A stretch of 32,000 bases of DNA, from positions 2,890,434-2,922,433 of the forward strand of contig NZ_CP123991.1 in NCBI RefSeq assembly GCF_029919255.1, given 5' to 3'. The position numbers were made by a program, and so were the translations under genes. Below, in pieces: positions 18,585 through 30,522 of the stretch (positions are counted from its first letter, which is position 1; every line of letters begins with the position of its first letter). Origin of the DNA: a cyanobacterium endosymbiont of Epithemia clementina EcSB (GTDB taxonomy: Bacteria; Cyanobacteriota; Cyanobacteriia; Cyanobacteriales; Microcystaceae). The notes beneath the pieces were generated by a model that saw only the letters and a program-made list of their open reading frames with translations, was not told the DNA's origin and made no database searches.

Positions 18585-20891
18585 TTAAATTTTCAACTGT
18601 TTTTCAATTGCTGTTGACCAGGTTTCAAGCATTGGTTCGATATCTAAGTTAATCAAAGATAAGTTGTCAGAAATAGTGATGTTTAAACTCTTAGCAGAAG
18701 TTCGACCTATTTTTTGCCAATCTTGGTTTAACTCTTGATTTAAATAGTTTTCCAATTTATCTTGATTAATGGGACTAGTAGAAACAATTATTTGTCCAGT
18801 TACCTCTCCAAATAATAACTCATCAAGTCGTTTTTTATCTTCCACTTGTAGAAAAATCTCTGCTCCTAATCTACCGCTAATGCAACACTCTGCCAAGGCA
18901 ACACCTAGTCCACCTTCTGAACAATCGTGAGCAGATTTTACCCAACCTTGACGAATGGCATTACGGCATACTTTTTGGACTAGAATTTCAGTATTAATGT
19001 TTACTTTAGGTGGCTTTCCTGCTACTATCCCGTGTAAGCTTGCTAAGTATTCTGACCCTCCTAAGGTAGGCCTATTTCCTATTCCCAAAACATAAATTAA
19101 ATCCCCTACTTTTTGCCAGCCTTGACCACATATTTTTGTGATGTCAGGAATTAATCCCACCATTCCTATGACTGGAGTAGGATAAATAGGTTGAGGTTTT
19201 CCGGCAGAATCAAGGGTTTCATTGTAAAGGGAAACATTCCCCCCAGTAACCGGAGTATTTAAATCTCGACAAGCTTCAGAAATACCTTCACAAGCTAAAG
19301 CTAATTGCCAATATCCAGTAGGGTTTTCAGGACTACCAAAATTGAGATTATCCGTGACTGCTAACGGTTCTGCTCCCACACAACTTAAATTCCTCGCAGC
19401 CTCAGCTACAGCGGCTTTCGCCCCTTCGTAGGGGTCAAGATAAACATAACGGGAATTACAGTCGGTGGTAGCCGCAACCCCAATTTTACAAGTGTTGGGG
19501 TTTGCTTCAATAGGACGAATACGAATTATTGCCGCATCAGCCTCTCCAGGCAAGATCACAGTATTATTCTGAACCTGGTGATCATATTGGCGATAGACCC
19601 ATTTTTTTGAAGCAATAGTGGGAGTATCTAATAAGTCTAAAAGGATTTCATCCCAGGTTTTTAATTGATTGTTAATCTCAATCCCATTTACTGTACAATC
19701 AGGTAAACTTTCAGCCGTCCACTGCCAAGCTCTCTGGGCATATTTAGGGGGATCTTTTAGTAGTTCTCGATGATAAATAGGGGTATCATTTGCTAAGGCT
19801 GTGGCTGGAATTTCAGCAGCAATTTCCCCTTTAAATAAAATCCTAACAATGGGTTCACTAATAACGGTTCCAGCAACCACTGCTTGAAGTCCCCAACGGT
19901 GAAAAATCTCAATTAATTCTTGTTCCCTACCTTTGTGGGCAACAAATAACATTCTTTCTTGGGACTCCGACAACAAGTATTCATAGGGAACCATACCGGT
20001 TTCTCTTACAGGAATCTTATCTAAGTCTAATTCAACTCCCACCCTTCCATTAGCTGCCATCTCTGAGGTGGAACAAGTAATTCCTGCTGCACCCATATCT
20101 TGGGCGGCGACAACTGCACCAGTTTTAAAGGCTTCTAAACAGGCCTCAATTAAGGATTTTTCTAAAAAAGGATCTCCCACCTGTACTGCCGGGCGATCGT
20201 CCATAGACTGGACCGTAAGTTCCGCACTAGCAAAACTCGCTCCTCCCATGCCATCTCTTCCAGTAGTTGAACCGATGTATAAAACTGGGTTGCCGATGCC
20301 TGATGCCCCAGATTTAACGATTTCGGAAGTTTCCATCAACCCCAGGGCCATAGTGTTAACTAGAGGATTGCCGCTATAAGCAGTATTAAAATAAATTTCA
20401 CCTCCGATAGTGGGAACTCCAACCGCATTACCATAATGAGAGATTCCTTCAACTACCCCGACAAACAATCTTCTAGTTTTGGCGTCTTCCAAATTACCAA
20501 AACGTAGAGAGTTCAAACAAGCTATGGGACGCGCTCCCATGGTAAAGATATCTCTGAGGATACCACCGACCCCTGTGGCTGCCCCTTGAAAAGGCTCGAC
20601 CGCAGAGGGATGGTTATGAGATTCAATTTTAAAGGCTAATTGTAGTCCATCCTCCAAATATACTACCCCTGCATTTTCTCCTGGCCCAACGAGAATATGA
20701 TCGCCTTTTGTGGGGAATTGTTTGAGCAAGGGGCGAGAATTTTTATAACAACAGTGTTCTGACCACATGACCCCAAACATTCCTAATTCGGCCTTGTTAG
20801 GGTGGCGCCCTAGTCTTCGAACAATTTCTTCATATTCTTCGGGTTTTATACCTTCTGCGGCGATTTCTTCTAAGTCAAAGGGGTTAATCAT
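18585..20891 (-). CDS. purL: Phosphoribosylformylglycinamidine synthase subunit II (small-type PurL)
   Basis: The 768-aa protein reads [17 protein letters not shown]...ENAGVV...[27 protein letters not shown]...[15 protein letters not shown], typical of FGAM synthase II. Confidence 0.96.
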   Translation of the reverse strand: MINPFDLEEIAAEGIKPEEYEEIVRRLGRHPNKAELGMFGVMWSEHCCYKNSRPLLKQFPTKGDHILVGPGENAGVVYLEDGLQLAFKIESHNHPSAVEPFQGAATGVGGILRDIFTMGARPIACLNSLRFGNLEDAKTRRLFVGVVEGISHYGNAVGVPTIGGEIYFNTAYSGNPLVNTMALGLMETSEIVKSGASGIGNPVLYIGSTTGRDGMGGASFASAELTVQSMDDRPAVQVGDPFLEKSLIEACLEAFKTGAVVAAQDMGAAGITCSTSEMAANGRVGVELDLDKIPVRETGMVPYEYLLSESQERMLFVAHKGREQELIEIFHRWGLQAVVAGTVISEPIVRILFKGEIAAEIPATALANDTPIYHRELLKDPPKYAQRAWQWTAESLPDCTVNGIEINNQLKTWDEILLDLLDTPTIASKKWVYRQYDHQVQNNTVILPGEADAAIIRIRPIEANPNTCKIGVAATTDCNSRYVYLDPYEGAKAAVAEAARNLSCVGAEPLAVTDNLNFGSPENPTGYWQLALACEGISEACRDLNTPVTGGNVSLYNETLDSAGKPQPIYPTPVIGMVGLIPDITKICGQGWQKVGDLIYVLGIGNRPTLGGSEYLASLHGIVAGKPPKVNINTEILVQKVCRNAIRQGWVKSAHDCSEGGLGVALAECCISGRLGAEIFLQVEDKKRLDELLFGEVTGQIIVSTSPINQDKLENYLNQELNQDWQKIGRTSAKSLNITISDNLSLINLDIEPMLETWSTAIEKQLKI

Positions 20892-21096
20892 AGAGGATTG
20901 CTTAGGATAACAGGGGTAATAAGGTAAGATAAATAGTGGTTACCGTTTAGAATTTACCAGCCGGATTAATCACTGGTCATATAGTTTAGACTCATTAGTT
21001 CGTTGTTGCTTAATTTTCTATTTCAAAATTTTCATTACTCTGTTTGAAATAAAAGTAGTAAGAATTCTTTCAAGAGGAATTACAACAATGTATGAC

Positions 21097-21126
21097 TGAT
21101 GATGTATCTTATATGATACATCATCA
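21097..21126. repeat. Perfect 12-bp hairpin with a GTATC/GATAC core
   Basis: tgatgatgtatc (21097-21108) is the exact reverse complement of gatacatcatca (21115-21126), with loop ttatat. It lies in the 1.4-kb purL/fabG divergent spacer. Confidence 0.8.
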
Positions 21127-22292
21127 ATTACCGCAATTACATTATAATTATTCCTACTATTAGTAGTGCAAAACTCTATACTACTAATGTTAATATTGAT
21201 ACTACTAATGTTTTTTGTTGTCTAGGAATAAATAAACTGAAAAAAAATAAAATCTGCCAACATTTTTTAAAACATAAAAATATGTTATGTATACTGTGCT
21301 GTTGCTACTTCGTGAGTGTTAGTTAAGCGACACTCCTCTATAAAATTACTTTTTTATATTTGTAATTTTATTTATTAAAGTTTTAAGTACTATTAGTATT
21401 CTTAGAATTTACAATAAACAACAAAATTAGTAATTGTAAAAATAAGATACTAGGAATTGAATAACAATAAGTATGTGTTAAAAAAATGAATTTTAAGAGT
21501 CGGATATTGACCAAGCTTAAAAAAAAATGTAAAGATTAATTGTTTAAATTTATCTAAGGAGATGTCTAGAGTTTAATAAGAAAAGTTTTTAATACAGATG
21601 GTTCTATAATTAGTTACTTGACTATTTAAAAACAGATTATTAGTGAGTTGTTTTTAACATCGTCTACCACGTTAGATAAAATAAGATCGTAAATTATAAT
21701 TAACTACAAAAGTAACACAGCAGAGCCAAGAGTATTATAGTTGGACTACTAAATTTAGTATAAAGTTCATTATTTAGTGTATCTAAAAAAACTAAAATAA
21801 AAACTATTGAAATAAATCAGGTTTTAAAATATCGTTTGTGCTGGGATAAATGGAGGTGTTTCAATAGAAAATGACGAGATTTTGCAAATAAATCAACTAG
21901 TTAGTTTTAAGATCAAATTTTCTGCTAAAATATTTCATAATTTAGTATTATCACATAAGTTAGAAATTTTTGTAGAGCAATAATTAGAATAAGGGAAAAA
22001 AGTAATTATAATTGACACCAGTCCATGCACTTTACAGATTCAAACAAAAGAGGTAGTTTTGTTTTTATTTAAATTGTTTGCGGATAAGAATTAGTGAAGA
22101 TATTTAAACAGTTAGAACCAGGCTTACAATCTACGAAAATATTTAGAGATTAATTATATTTACGTCAATATAAGTTCTCAGAAGGAAATAGAATACTTGA
22201 AGTCCGAGAAACTAAATGCAGAAAGAAAAGTAGTAACTTTTGATGGAAAGTATCTGTGATACTCTAGCCACTTTCGAATAAATGTTCCCTGA

Positions 22293-23093
<801 letters not shown>

Positions 23094-23188
23094 GAAATGA
23101 TTGATAGTTAATAGTGACCAGTTGTCAGTAATGCTGTGACTGGTCAACTTAATATATTAGACAATAAATAATTATATCTAATTTTTAA

Positions 23189-23216
23189 TACTTGTATCAT
23201 AGATATGATACAAGTA
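23189..23216. repeat. Perfect 12-bp hairpin with a GTATC/GATAC core, 96 nt downstream of fabG; a possible weak terminator
   Basis: tacttgtatcat (23189-23200) is the exact reverse complement of atgatacaagta (23205-23216), with loop agat. No T-run follows it. Confidence 0.8.
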
Positions 23217-23224
23217 CAACTAAG

Positions 23225-24045
23225 TTAATTGATAATAAATGATAGAAAAAGAAAAACAGCATAATTTAAACGCTTCATCAAAGATGACGGACACATTGCT
23301 TTAATTTATATACGAAAAAAAATAAAAATATCAAGCTTATTAAGCAATAAAAAAATACTTAAATTTAATCTCAAAAAAATTAAATGCCTAGACAAAATAT
23401 GTCCAGAAGCCAAAGATAAAATTTAGAGTTCTATTCAGAAAAACTGCCATGCCAAGCCAAGCTTATAAATGATCATTTGAAAAAAGTATTATCAATAGAA
23501 TATTATTATGGACGGCGCAATAGTAAAGAGAAAAAAATCTGAAATCTTATTTATTAGAACTTTCTTGTCTTTTAATCACAGCAATTTTATCGATTACGAA
23601 TCATTTCCATGTCTGAGCTTTTTATATCTGTAATTATTGACCTAGATTTTTAAACATCATTTCCATTTCTTCTTTACTCAATTAATTTCTTGTTACTACA
23701 TATTTCCAGGATATGTTCTTTTCTTGTTTAAAAAACTTAACCTTTTAAAAATTTAGAGAACCATACAAAGATTTTAGAAAAGTTTTCTAATCAAAAAAGA
23801 AGTAATCAAATGGTTAATCAATTGGAACAATTAGAGAATATGCAGAAACCTTTTTTAAAACTGTCCTAATGTTTTTGTGTAGTATTACTTTTAAGTAAAA
23901 GTCAACATTTTGACTTAATTTAACTAAAATAAAAAAACTGATATAACACTTTCTATATAAAAACTATGGCTTTTTATAAACCTATAATTGACAATTAAAT
24001 CTTGTCTGTATATTTTATATTTTTATACAAAAATTTAGGTAAAGT
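23225..24045 (-). mobile_element. Decayed, 3'-truncated ISL3-family transposase gene, relic copy 2
   Basis: Minus-strand translation gives ...LENFSKIFVWFSKFLKG*VF*TRKEHILEICSNKKLIE, then LSKEEMEMMFKNLGQ*LQI*KAQTWK*FVIDKIAVIKRQESSNK*...YYCAVHNN...IFGFWTYFV*AFNFF...SNVSVIFDEAFKL (compare PNA.IV.DRFHV). At the nucleotide level, 23557-23590 (aactttcttgtcttttaatcacagcaatttt) is shared with 15538-15570 of copy 1. Confidence 0.6.
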
Positions 24046-24049
24046 TTGA

Positions 24050-24092
24050 CAAAAAAAATTATAGAAGTTTTGTCGAGCAAAACTTCTATAAT
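24050..24092 (-). terminator. Intrinsic terminator of clpB (perfect 15-bp stem followed by a U8 run on the minus strand)
   Basis: attatagaagttttg (24058-24072) is the exact reverse complement of caaaacttctataat (24078-24092). Read on the minus strand, the hairpin is followed by tttttttt (the A-run at 24051-24058 on plus). Confidence 0.75.
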
Positions 24093-24131
24093 TCCAAAAA
24101 CTTAATTCTCATAAAAATTAAGTTTTTGGAA
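24092..24131 (-). other. Second perfect 16-bp hairpin immediately upstream (in the clpB sense) of the terminator
   Basis: ttccaaaaacttaatt (24092-24107) is the exact reverse complement of aattaagtttttggaa (24116-24131), with loop ctcataaa. A third copy of attatagaa (24131-24139) and a 12-bp palindrome agaatgcattct (24135-24146) flank it. Confidence 0.7.
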
Positions 24132-24280
24132 TTATAGAATGCATTCTGCAGTCAGCACTAAAAGTTTTACAAGTCATCAGATACTGAATCTATCATTCTT
24201 AGTCTAGAAAAATAGATATCTATTTTAACTTCTAGCTTCTAGTTTTTATTATGTATGGTAAATATTACCCACTCTATAAG

Positions 24281-26899
24281 TTAGACTGTTGGTTTTTCAT
24301 GAGATAAGCGTTCAAACGTCAGTCGTTCATTTTCTAGATCTACAAAAATAGTATCTCCAGCTTTAAATTCTCCCCGTAAAATTGACCTGGCTATCGCAGT
24401 TTCTAAGTATTTTTGGATTGCTCGTTTTAATGGTCTGGCACCATACACTGGATCATAGCCTATTTCTCCCAGGAAATCTAAAGCTAATTCCGATAGTTTT
24501 AGGTCAATTTTTTGCTCAGCTAATCGTGTTTTTAATAACTGAATCTGCACATCAACAATTTTTTGTAATTGACACTTTTGTAATCCGTGGAAGATAATAA
24601 TTTCATCGATACGATTAAGAAATTCAGGACGAAAACTATGACGCATTGCATCCATCACACGGGAACGCATTTCTTCATAAAGAGAATCATCTCCAGCCAC
24701 ATCTAAAATGTATTGCGATCCAATATTACTAGTCATGATAATAATGGTATTTTTGAAATCTACCACATGACCTTGAGCGTCAGTTAATCGCCCGTCATCG
24801 AGAATCTGTAACATGACATTAAAAACATCATTATGGGCTTTCTCGATTTCATCAAAAAGAATTACAGAGTAAGGACGACGGCGAATGGCTTCAGTTAATT
24901 GTCCCCCTTCATCATAGCCAACATACCCCGGAGGCGCACCCATTAAACGGGATACTGTATGTTTCTCCATATATTCAGACATATCGATACGAACTAAGGC
25001 GTCTTCCGTATCAAAAAGATTCTCGGCTAATGCCTTGGCTAATTCCGTTTTACCGACCCCTGTAGGACCGAGAAAAATAAAACTTGCAGTAGGGCGGCTA
25101 GGATCAGAAAGTCCAGCGCGAGAACGTTGAATAGCTTCTGAAACAGCCGTTACAGCCTCTTCTTGTCCAATCAATCGTTTATGAATTTCATCTTCTAAAT
25201 AAAGTAGTTTCTCTTTTTCTGATTCCACTAACTTACTAATAGGAATTCCTGTCCATTTAGAAATAATCTCAGCAATATCTGATTCTAAAACTTCTTCCCG
25301 TAATAAATTTTTTCCAGTAGTTTGACGTTCTGCAATTTTTATTTCAAGTTCTTTAACCTGTTGTTGTAAATCTGTTAGTTTTCCATATCGCAGTTCTGCT
25401 GCCTTATTTAGGTCATAATTTCGCTCAGCTTGTTGAATTTCTAAGTTGATTTGGTCGATAGTTTCTTTTATTTTACTAATTTCATCAATAGCTTCTTTTT
25501 CTAATTGCCATTGAGCATTAAGTTGGGATTGTTCTTTTTTTAGATCTGCAAGTTCTTTTTCAATTTTTTCTAATCTTTCTAGAGAAACAATATCTACTTC
25601 TTTTTGTAAGGATAATCGTTCCATTTCTAACTGAATAACTTTGCGATCCACTTCATCTAATTCTTCGGGTTTAGAAGTGATTTCCATCTTTAATTTAGCA
25701 GCTGACTCATCTACTAAGTCAATAGCTTTATCTGGTAAAAAACGATCACTAATATAACGGTTAGATAACATGGCTGCGGCAACTAAAGCAGTATCAGCAA
25801 TTTTTACCCCGTGGTGAACTTCATAACGTTCTTTAAGTCCCCGTAAAATAGAGATAGTATCGACTACATTTGGCTCATTAACTATGACCTCTTGAAAACG
25901 CCGTTCTAAAGCAGCATCTTTTTCGATATATTTACGATATTCATCGAGGGTTGTTGCCCCAATGCAGAGCAATTCTCCCCGTGCTAACTTGGGTTTTAAG
26001 AGATTTCCTGCATCCATAGCCCCTTGGGTTGCCCCTGCTCCAACGACGGTGTGAATTTCGTCAATGAACATGACAATTTCCCCTTGGGAATCTGTAACTT
26101 CTTTGAGAACTGCTTTAAGACGTTCTTCAAATTCTCCACGATATTTTGCCCCGGCAATTAATGCTCCCATGTCCAAGGCAATTAATTTTCGATCTCGCAA
26201 AGATTCAGGGACATCACGGTTAATAATTCGTTGAGCTAATCCTTCAACGATAGCAGTTTTGCCAACTCCAGGTTCCCCAATTAATACAGGGTTATTTTTA
26301 GTTCTACGAGAAAGAATTTGAATGGTTCGACGGATTTCATCATCCCGTCCAATAACAGGGTCAAGTTTACCTTCTCGCGCTAATTGAGTTAAATCTCGAC
26401 CATATTTTTCTAACGATTCATATGTCTCTTCAGGGTTTTGACTAGTCACTTTTTGATTTCCTCTAACTTGTTGAATAATCTCTTTTAATCGAGTTTCATT
26501 GAGACCAAATTCCTTTAGTAAAACCTGACCAAAACGGTCATCTTTAGCATAAGCCAACAGCAAATGCTCAACAGAAATATAATCATCTCCAAAATCTTTA
26601 CGAAATTGTTCAGCTCTGTCAAGAAGACTATCCAGATTCCGTCCTAAGTAAATAGACTGGCCAAGGTTAGACACTTTGGGTTGACGACGGATAAATTCTT
26701 CGGTTTTGTCTCGCAGACGTTGAATACTAATATCCGCTTTATTAAAGACGCTGGTAGCTAACCCTTCTAGTTCGAGAAGAGATGCCATCAGGTGTTCGCT
26801 TTCAATTTGTTGATGACTATGTTGTTTAGCAATATCGGGAGTTCGGACAATAGCCTCCCATGCCTTTTCGGTAAATTGATTAGGATTGGTCGGTTGCAT
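24281..26899 (-). CDS. clpB: ATP-dependent chaperone / disaggregase ClpB
   Basis: The 872-aa protein has two AAA+ modules ([15 protein letters not shown] and [15 protein letters not shown]), a long middle coiled-coil domain typical of ClpB, and the N-terminal Clp repeat domain. Confidence 0.97.
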   Translation of the reverse strand: MQPTNPNQFTEKAWEAIVRTPDIAKQHSHQQIESEHLMASLLELEGLATSVFNKADISIQRLRDKTEEFIRRQPKVSNLGQSIYLGRNLDSLLDRAEQFRKDFGDDYISVEHLLLAYAKDDRFGQVLLKEFGLNETRLKEIIQQVRGNQKVTSQNPEETYESLEKYGRDLTQLAREGKLDPVIGRDDEIRRTIQILSRRTKNNPVLIGEPGVGKTAIVEGLAQRIINRDVPESLRDRKLIALDMGALIAGAKYRGEFEERLKAVLKEVTDSQGEIVMFIDEIHTVVGAGATQGAMDAGNLLKPKLARGELLCIGATTLDEYRKYIEKDAALERRFQEVIVNEPNVVDTISILRGLKERYEVHHGVKIADTALVAAAMLSNRYISDRFLPDKAIDLVDESAAKLKMEITSKPEELDEVDRKVIQLEMERLSLQKEVDIVSLERLEKIEKELADLKKEQSQLNAQWQLEKEAIDEISKIKETIDQINLEIQQAERNYDLNKAAELRYGKLTDLQQQVKELEIKIAERQTTGKNLLREEVLESDIAEIISKWTGIPISKLVESEKEKLLYLEDEIHKRLIGQEEAVTAVSEAIQRSRAGLSDPSRPTASFIFLGPTGVGKTELAKALAENLFDTEDALVRIDMSEYMEKHTVSRLMGAPPGYVGYDEGGQLTEAIRRRPYSVILFDEIEKAHNDVFNVMLQILDDGRLTDAQGHVVDFKNTIIIMTSNIGSQYILDVAGDDSLYEEMRSRVMDAMRHSFRPEFLNRIDEIIIFHGLQKCQLQKIVDVQIQLLKTRLAEQKIDLKLSELALDFLGEIGYDPVYGARPLKRAIQKYLETAIARSILRGEFKAGDTIFVDLENERLTFERLSHEKPTV

Positions 26900-27265
26900 T
26901 ATTCACGAGTAAGTATAGTACAGTAAGGTCATATAAAATATTGTAAGTGCGATCAATTTTTAGGTTAAGACGGTTAACCCTACTATTTGTGGGTGTGTAT
27001 GAGCGATATTAAAAGAGTAATTTATCAAAAAAATTGACGTTTAAACAGCTGAAGTAATTAGTTTATTTTTCGAGATGGTATGTTCACACATTTTAAATAT
27101 AAAATATAAAACTCTTCTTCTTAAAGATAGAAATTAGTTATTTTATATCTAAAATATGTTATTTGTCTTAGACAAGACAACTCCATCTAGTTATTAAAAA
27201 TAACTAATATAACAGGAAGAAAAAAATACCTAAAAAAACATAAAAAAGTTAGTCTTTTCTTGAAG

Positions 27266-27302
27266 TTTTTGCATAAATACTTTGAATAGATTTATGCAAA
27301 AA
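27266..27302. repeat. Perfect 13-bp hairpin in the clpB-upstream AT-rich spacer
   Basis: tttttgcataaat (27266-27278) is the exact reverse complement of atttatgcaaaaa (27290-27302), with an 11-nt loop actttgaatag. Confidence 0.8.
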
Positions 27303-28122
27303 ATCTGAAATTCCAAAAAAAACTTATCTGTGTAACTAAATTATTGAATTAATTACTACTCAAAAAAACTAAGCTAAAAATGCAAAAATATTAAAATTAC
27401 TGGTTATGGACAAAGAGAAAATATCAAATCTAAATAAGAGTAGATATATTGGTTTATTCTAAATTAGTTTTTAAATAAAAAGCTTAAATTCTTACCTTGC
27501 AAAGTCTCTAATATTCAATACAAAAATACAAATTAAGTTTGTGAAGTTAAAGGAGGCATTGATAACAAGAGTTTTAGGAGTCATCAACTATTAATTTCTC
27601 GTACTTATTCTAAAAAAGCTATTTATTTTACTTAGAGACAAAAAAGATTTACATGAAGAGTAAAACCTAAATTAAACCAAGTGTATAGAATATCGTCAGT
27701 TTTATCAAAAATTTACTAAGTAAGAAACAATTTTAGAAGAATTTTGATAAAAAACTAAATTGGATATTGGTATTATTAAACTGAGCTAGTTAGTATTAAA
27801 AATATTATTTATTGTACCTAAATGTGGAATAATCAGGTATTGAATTGGAAAAACTTTTTCCCATTCTAATCAAAGAAAATTTCAATAAATAGTAAAAAAT
27901 ATTAATAATAAATTAAAGCTCATGAAGAGGAGAGCTTATGAGTTAATAAATATTGTGAGTTTTTAACCCCTAAGTTTTAAATTTAGTGTTTAACTAGTTG
28001 ACTCTATATCCTAAATCAGGTACGACTATTAATTTCAAATTAATTATTATTTATTTTTGTATTTTTTTTGTAGTTATTAAGTTTTTGTCAGTTTTTTAAA
28101 TTATTAGACTCATTTTAATCAA

Positions 28123-28329
28123 TTAACGGCTAAATTTTTGAGCTTGAGCAACCAGTCCGGCACTAACATAACGTCCGTAACTATCGAGACGATCTTGTTG
28201 AGCAGCACGAAAAGGAGATAGAAAAGTATCAACTAAGCCAGAACTCATCATCATGACAGTAGCCGCAAGAATGATATAGTTACGAATGACGATGACGTTT
28301 TCGTTAACAGTAGTTGTTTTGGTAAACAT
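28123..28329 (-). CDS. Hypothetical small protein (68 aa) with one hydrophobic segment
   Basis: The ORF is visibly richer in GC than the flanking spacer DNA and is preceded by aaggaga about 8 nt upstream of the ATG. The sequence is MFTKTTTVNENVIVIRNYIILAATVMMMSSGLVDTFLSPFRAAQQDRLDSYGRYVSAGLVAQAQKFSR. I do not recognise the family. Confidence 0.5.
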   Translation of the reverse strand: MFTKTTTVNENVIVIRNYIILAATVMMMSSGLVDTFLSPFRAAQQDRLDSYGRYVSAGLVAQAQKFSR

Positions 28330-28594
28330 CTTGGTGGTTTCTCCTTTGTGTCGACGCCTTTACTATATAGGAAACAAATTGGTGATGTCAGTCCCAAAAC
28401 CCTGTATATTGGGGATTGTAGTCGTTCTATTTTTCTCCTTAGAAGTGGAATTAAGTGGAAATTTTTCTATTCTCAATATAATTACTCTACCTACATAAAG
28501 GGTTTTAGAAGTCTCCTATTGACAAAGAGTGTTGAAGATGAAGGTATTGCTGTCATCGGAGCAGGTTGTACTACTATACTGATTTAATATTAAG

Positions 28595-29233
28595 ATGACT
28601 ATGAAATCATTGTTCATTGTATTAGAAGGAATTGACAGGGCAGGGAAGTCAACTCAAGCAGAATTATTAAAAAATTATTTTCTTACTCACCAGCAGCAAG
28701 CTGTTATTAGCTCTGAACCTACTGATGGGCCAATTGGTAGATTAATTCGTGAAGCTATGCAAAGTAAAATTATTGCGATTAAACAGAAAGAAAGCTTTGA
28801 TGAACAAATGGCTTATTTATTTACAGCAGATAGATATTATCATTTATTTAATGACATAAATGGAGTTTATAAATTAATTAATGAAAACCATACTCATGTC
28901 ATAGCAACCCGTTATTATTTTTCATCTTTAGCTTATAATTGCAATACCAAAGATGAGTTTAGTTTTGTAGCGAAACTAAACCAAAGATTTCCTGATCCTG
29001 ATGTAGTTTTTTACATCAATATTTCCTTAAAAATCGCTTTATCTAGACTTAACAATCATTCTATGAGAGAAATATATGAGACAGAAAAAAAGCTCAGAAA
29101 GGTCAGACATAACTACGAAAATATTTTTAAAACTTATGAAGGAAAAATATTTAAATTAGATGGAAGTAAATCCATAGAAGAAATACATAAGAAAATTTTA
29201 ACTTATCTTAAAGAAACTTTTAGTAGTTTTTAA
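28595..29233 (+). CDS. Divergent (archaeal-like) thymidylate / dNMP kinase family protein
   Basis: P-loop FIVLEGIDRAGKSTQAELL, SEPTDGPIGRLIRE (the nucleotide-monophosphate binding region), the DRY-type motif FTADRYYH, ATRYYFSSLAYN (compare DR...S..AY in Tmk), and PDVVFYINISLKIALSRL. The overall Tmk-family layout is present, but the sequence is far from canonical bacterial Tmk. Confidence 0.75.
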   Translation: MTMKSLFIVLEGIDRAGKSTQAELLKNYFLTHQQQAVISSEPTDGPIGRLIREAMQSKIIAIKQKESFDEQMAYLFTADRYYHLFNDINGVYKLINENHTHVIATRYYFSSLAYNCNTKDEFSFVAKLNQRFPDPDVVFYINISLKIALSRLNNHSMREIYETEKKLRKVRHNYENIFKTYEGKIFKLDGSKSIEEIHKKILTYLKETFSSF

Positions 29234-29267
29234 CCTAAAAATTTATATCTATCTGAATATTATAGAA

Positions 29268-30310
29268 TTAACTGGTAAAGCGCCAAACTAAAACACTTTG
29301 AAGTTTAAAATTCTAAAATTCTCTAAATCCATAATCTCTTCTTTTAGAAAACTTCAATTTATTATGAATACCTTCTACTTTTTGATAAAAAAAATGATAT
29401 TTTATCCAATTTGATACCTAACTATCCACTATTTTTGAGCTATAATTAATAAGTTTTAAGAGCTATAAAGTTAGTTCTAATAAACCTAACACTTACTTTT
29501 TTTTGAAAAAAAAGTCGTTATAAATTACTATTTATGTTCGTTTACATATTAAATATTTGCAATATTTAATTCAATTATTTTGACTTAACTTTTTGTTATT
29601 TTTCTTAATTTTCTTTTTTACCACTATTTTAAAGCTCTTCAAATTTTCTATATAATGGTTTTTCCTTGATCGACTAATTGAGCATTGACTTGTTTAATCA
29701 CATGTAATATATTTACTACTACTTCAGCTTGTGACATTAATTGATTTCTAATCTATTTAGAGAAAAAAATTTTCTCAGATATATACTTATATTTTTGATT
29801 TTAGTAAAAACATATTTCCCAAAAACTCTTAGAGATTTTACAATTTATCTCTCCTAATTCTTTTATTTCTATGATTATTAAGCTCACTTCTTTATTTGAG
29901 TTTAATGACGCAACAGAATAGTTTTTTTTGAAAGTAATAATTATCTCAATTTACACTGTTTTTATATCTATTTTTTAAAAGCTACAATTCTTTCTCTTAA
30001 TTTTTCAAAATTGTCTTTATTTATTGTTTACTAACTTCACTTTTTATATTTATATTTTTAATGTTCCTATTTAAGACTTCTTCAATGATTATTGTTTTAA
30101 CCATTTTATTATCTATCTGTAAAACAATAGTTAAAATTTTCTGTAAATTTATTTACATATTGATTGCATCTAATTTAAGAACGATCTATTTCAAGAGAAA
30201 CAAATTTTCTACAGAAGACAATTTTATAGTTATTAATTAATTATTTAGGCAAAATTTCTTGCTAGTTAAACTCCAATAAATATAAGTTGCTATTGAGTCT
30301 ATTTCTTCAA
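29268..30310 (-). mobile_element. Decayed ISL3-family transposase gene, relic copy 3, filling the tmk-like / thyA-like spacer
   Basis: Minus-strand translation of the 3' end gives KRRDYGFREF*NFKLQSVLVWRFTS*, the ISL3 C-terminal signature KRR.YGFRNF.NF, with the stop at 29268-29270. Upstream lie ...FVSLEIDRS*IRCNQYVNKFTENFNYCFTDR** (the zinc-finger region) and IIIEEVLNRNIKNI (HTH). Nucleotide blocks are shared with copy 1, for example tatttaagacYtcttcRatgatt and ttttctgtaaaYttattt. Confidence 0.7.
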
Positions 30311-30522
30311 CTAAGTTGCGTATTTAATACTATAGGTATAAGTAAAATTAGAATATTGGGCTTAATATAATTTAACTTAAATATAAAGCTTGTTAGAATA
30401 TTAGCTGTATAATAATTACATCTTTTTATAATGCGATTGTTGGTAATAAAACTTTGTCTTCGTGTTATAAGTTTTCATATGGCAAGTTTGTTAAAAGCAA
30501 ATTAATTATGAGTAATTAATTC

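Noticed and set aside
22012-22070. TTGACA box followed by a short hairpin and T-run (acaaaa-gaggtag-ttttgt-tttta), considered as a tiny sRNA gene
   Set aside because: There is no convincing -10 element at the right spacing, and the implied transcript would be only about 25 nt. This is likely a chance combination in AT-rich DNA.
26963-26979. ggttaa-gacgg-ttaacc inverted repeat upstream of clpB, considered as a heat-shock operator
   Set aside because: It has only 6-bp arms, does not resemble the CIRCE consensus, and is a single occurrence.
28286-28587. Plus-strand ORFs 28286-28498 and 28348-28587 upstream of the tmk-like gene
   Set aside because: The first overlaps the 5' end of the better-supported minus-strand small gene. 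Both have implausible composition and no ribosome-binding site. The region is more likely a divergent promoter spacer.
29490-29520. Homopolymer palindromes such as acttttttttgaaaaaaaagt, the similar T8A9 run at 15753-15770 and the A/T run pair at 14592-14615
   Set aside because: These are low-complexity A/T runs that are trivially self-complementary. They are expected in AT-rich DNA and are not treated as structured elements.
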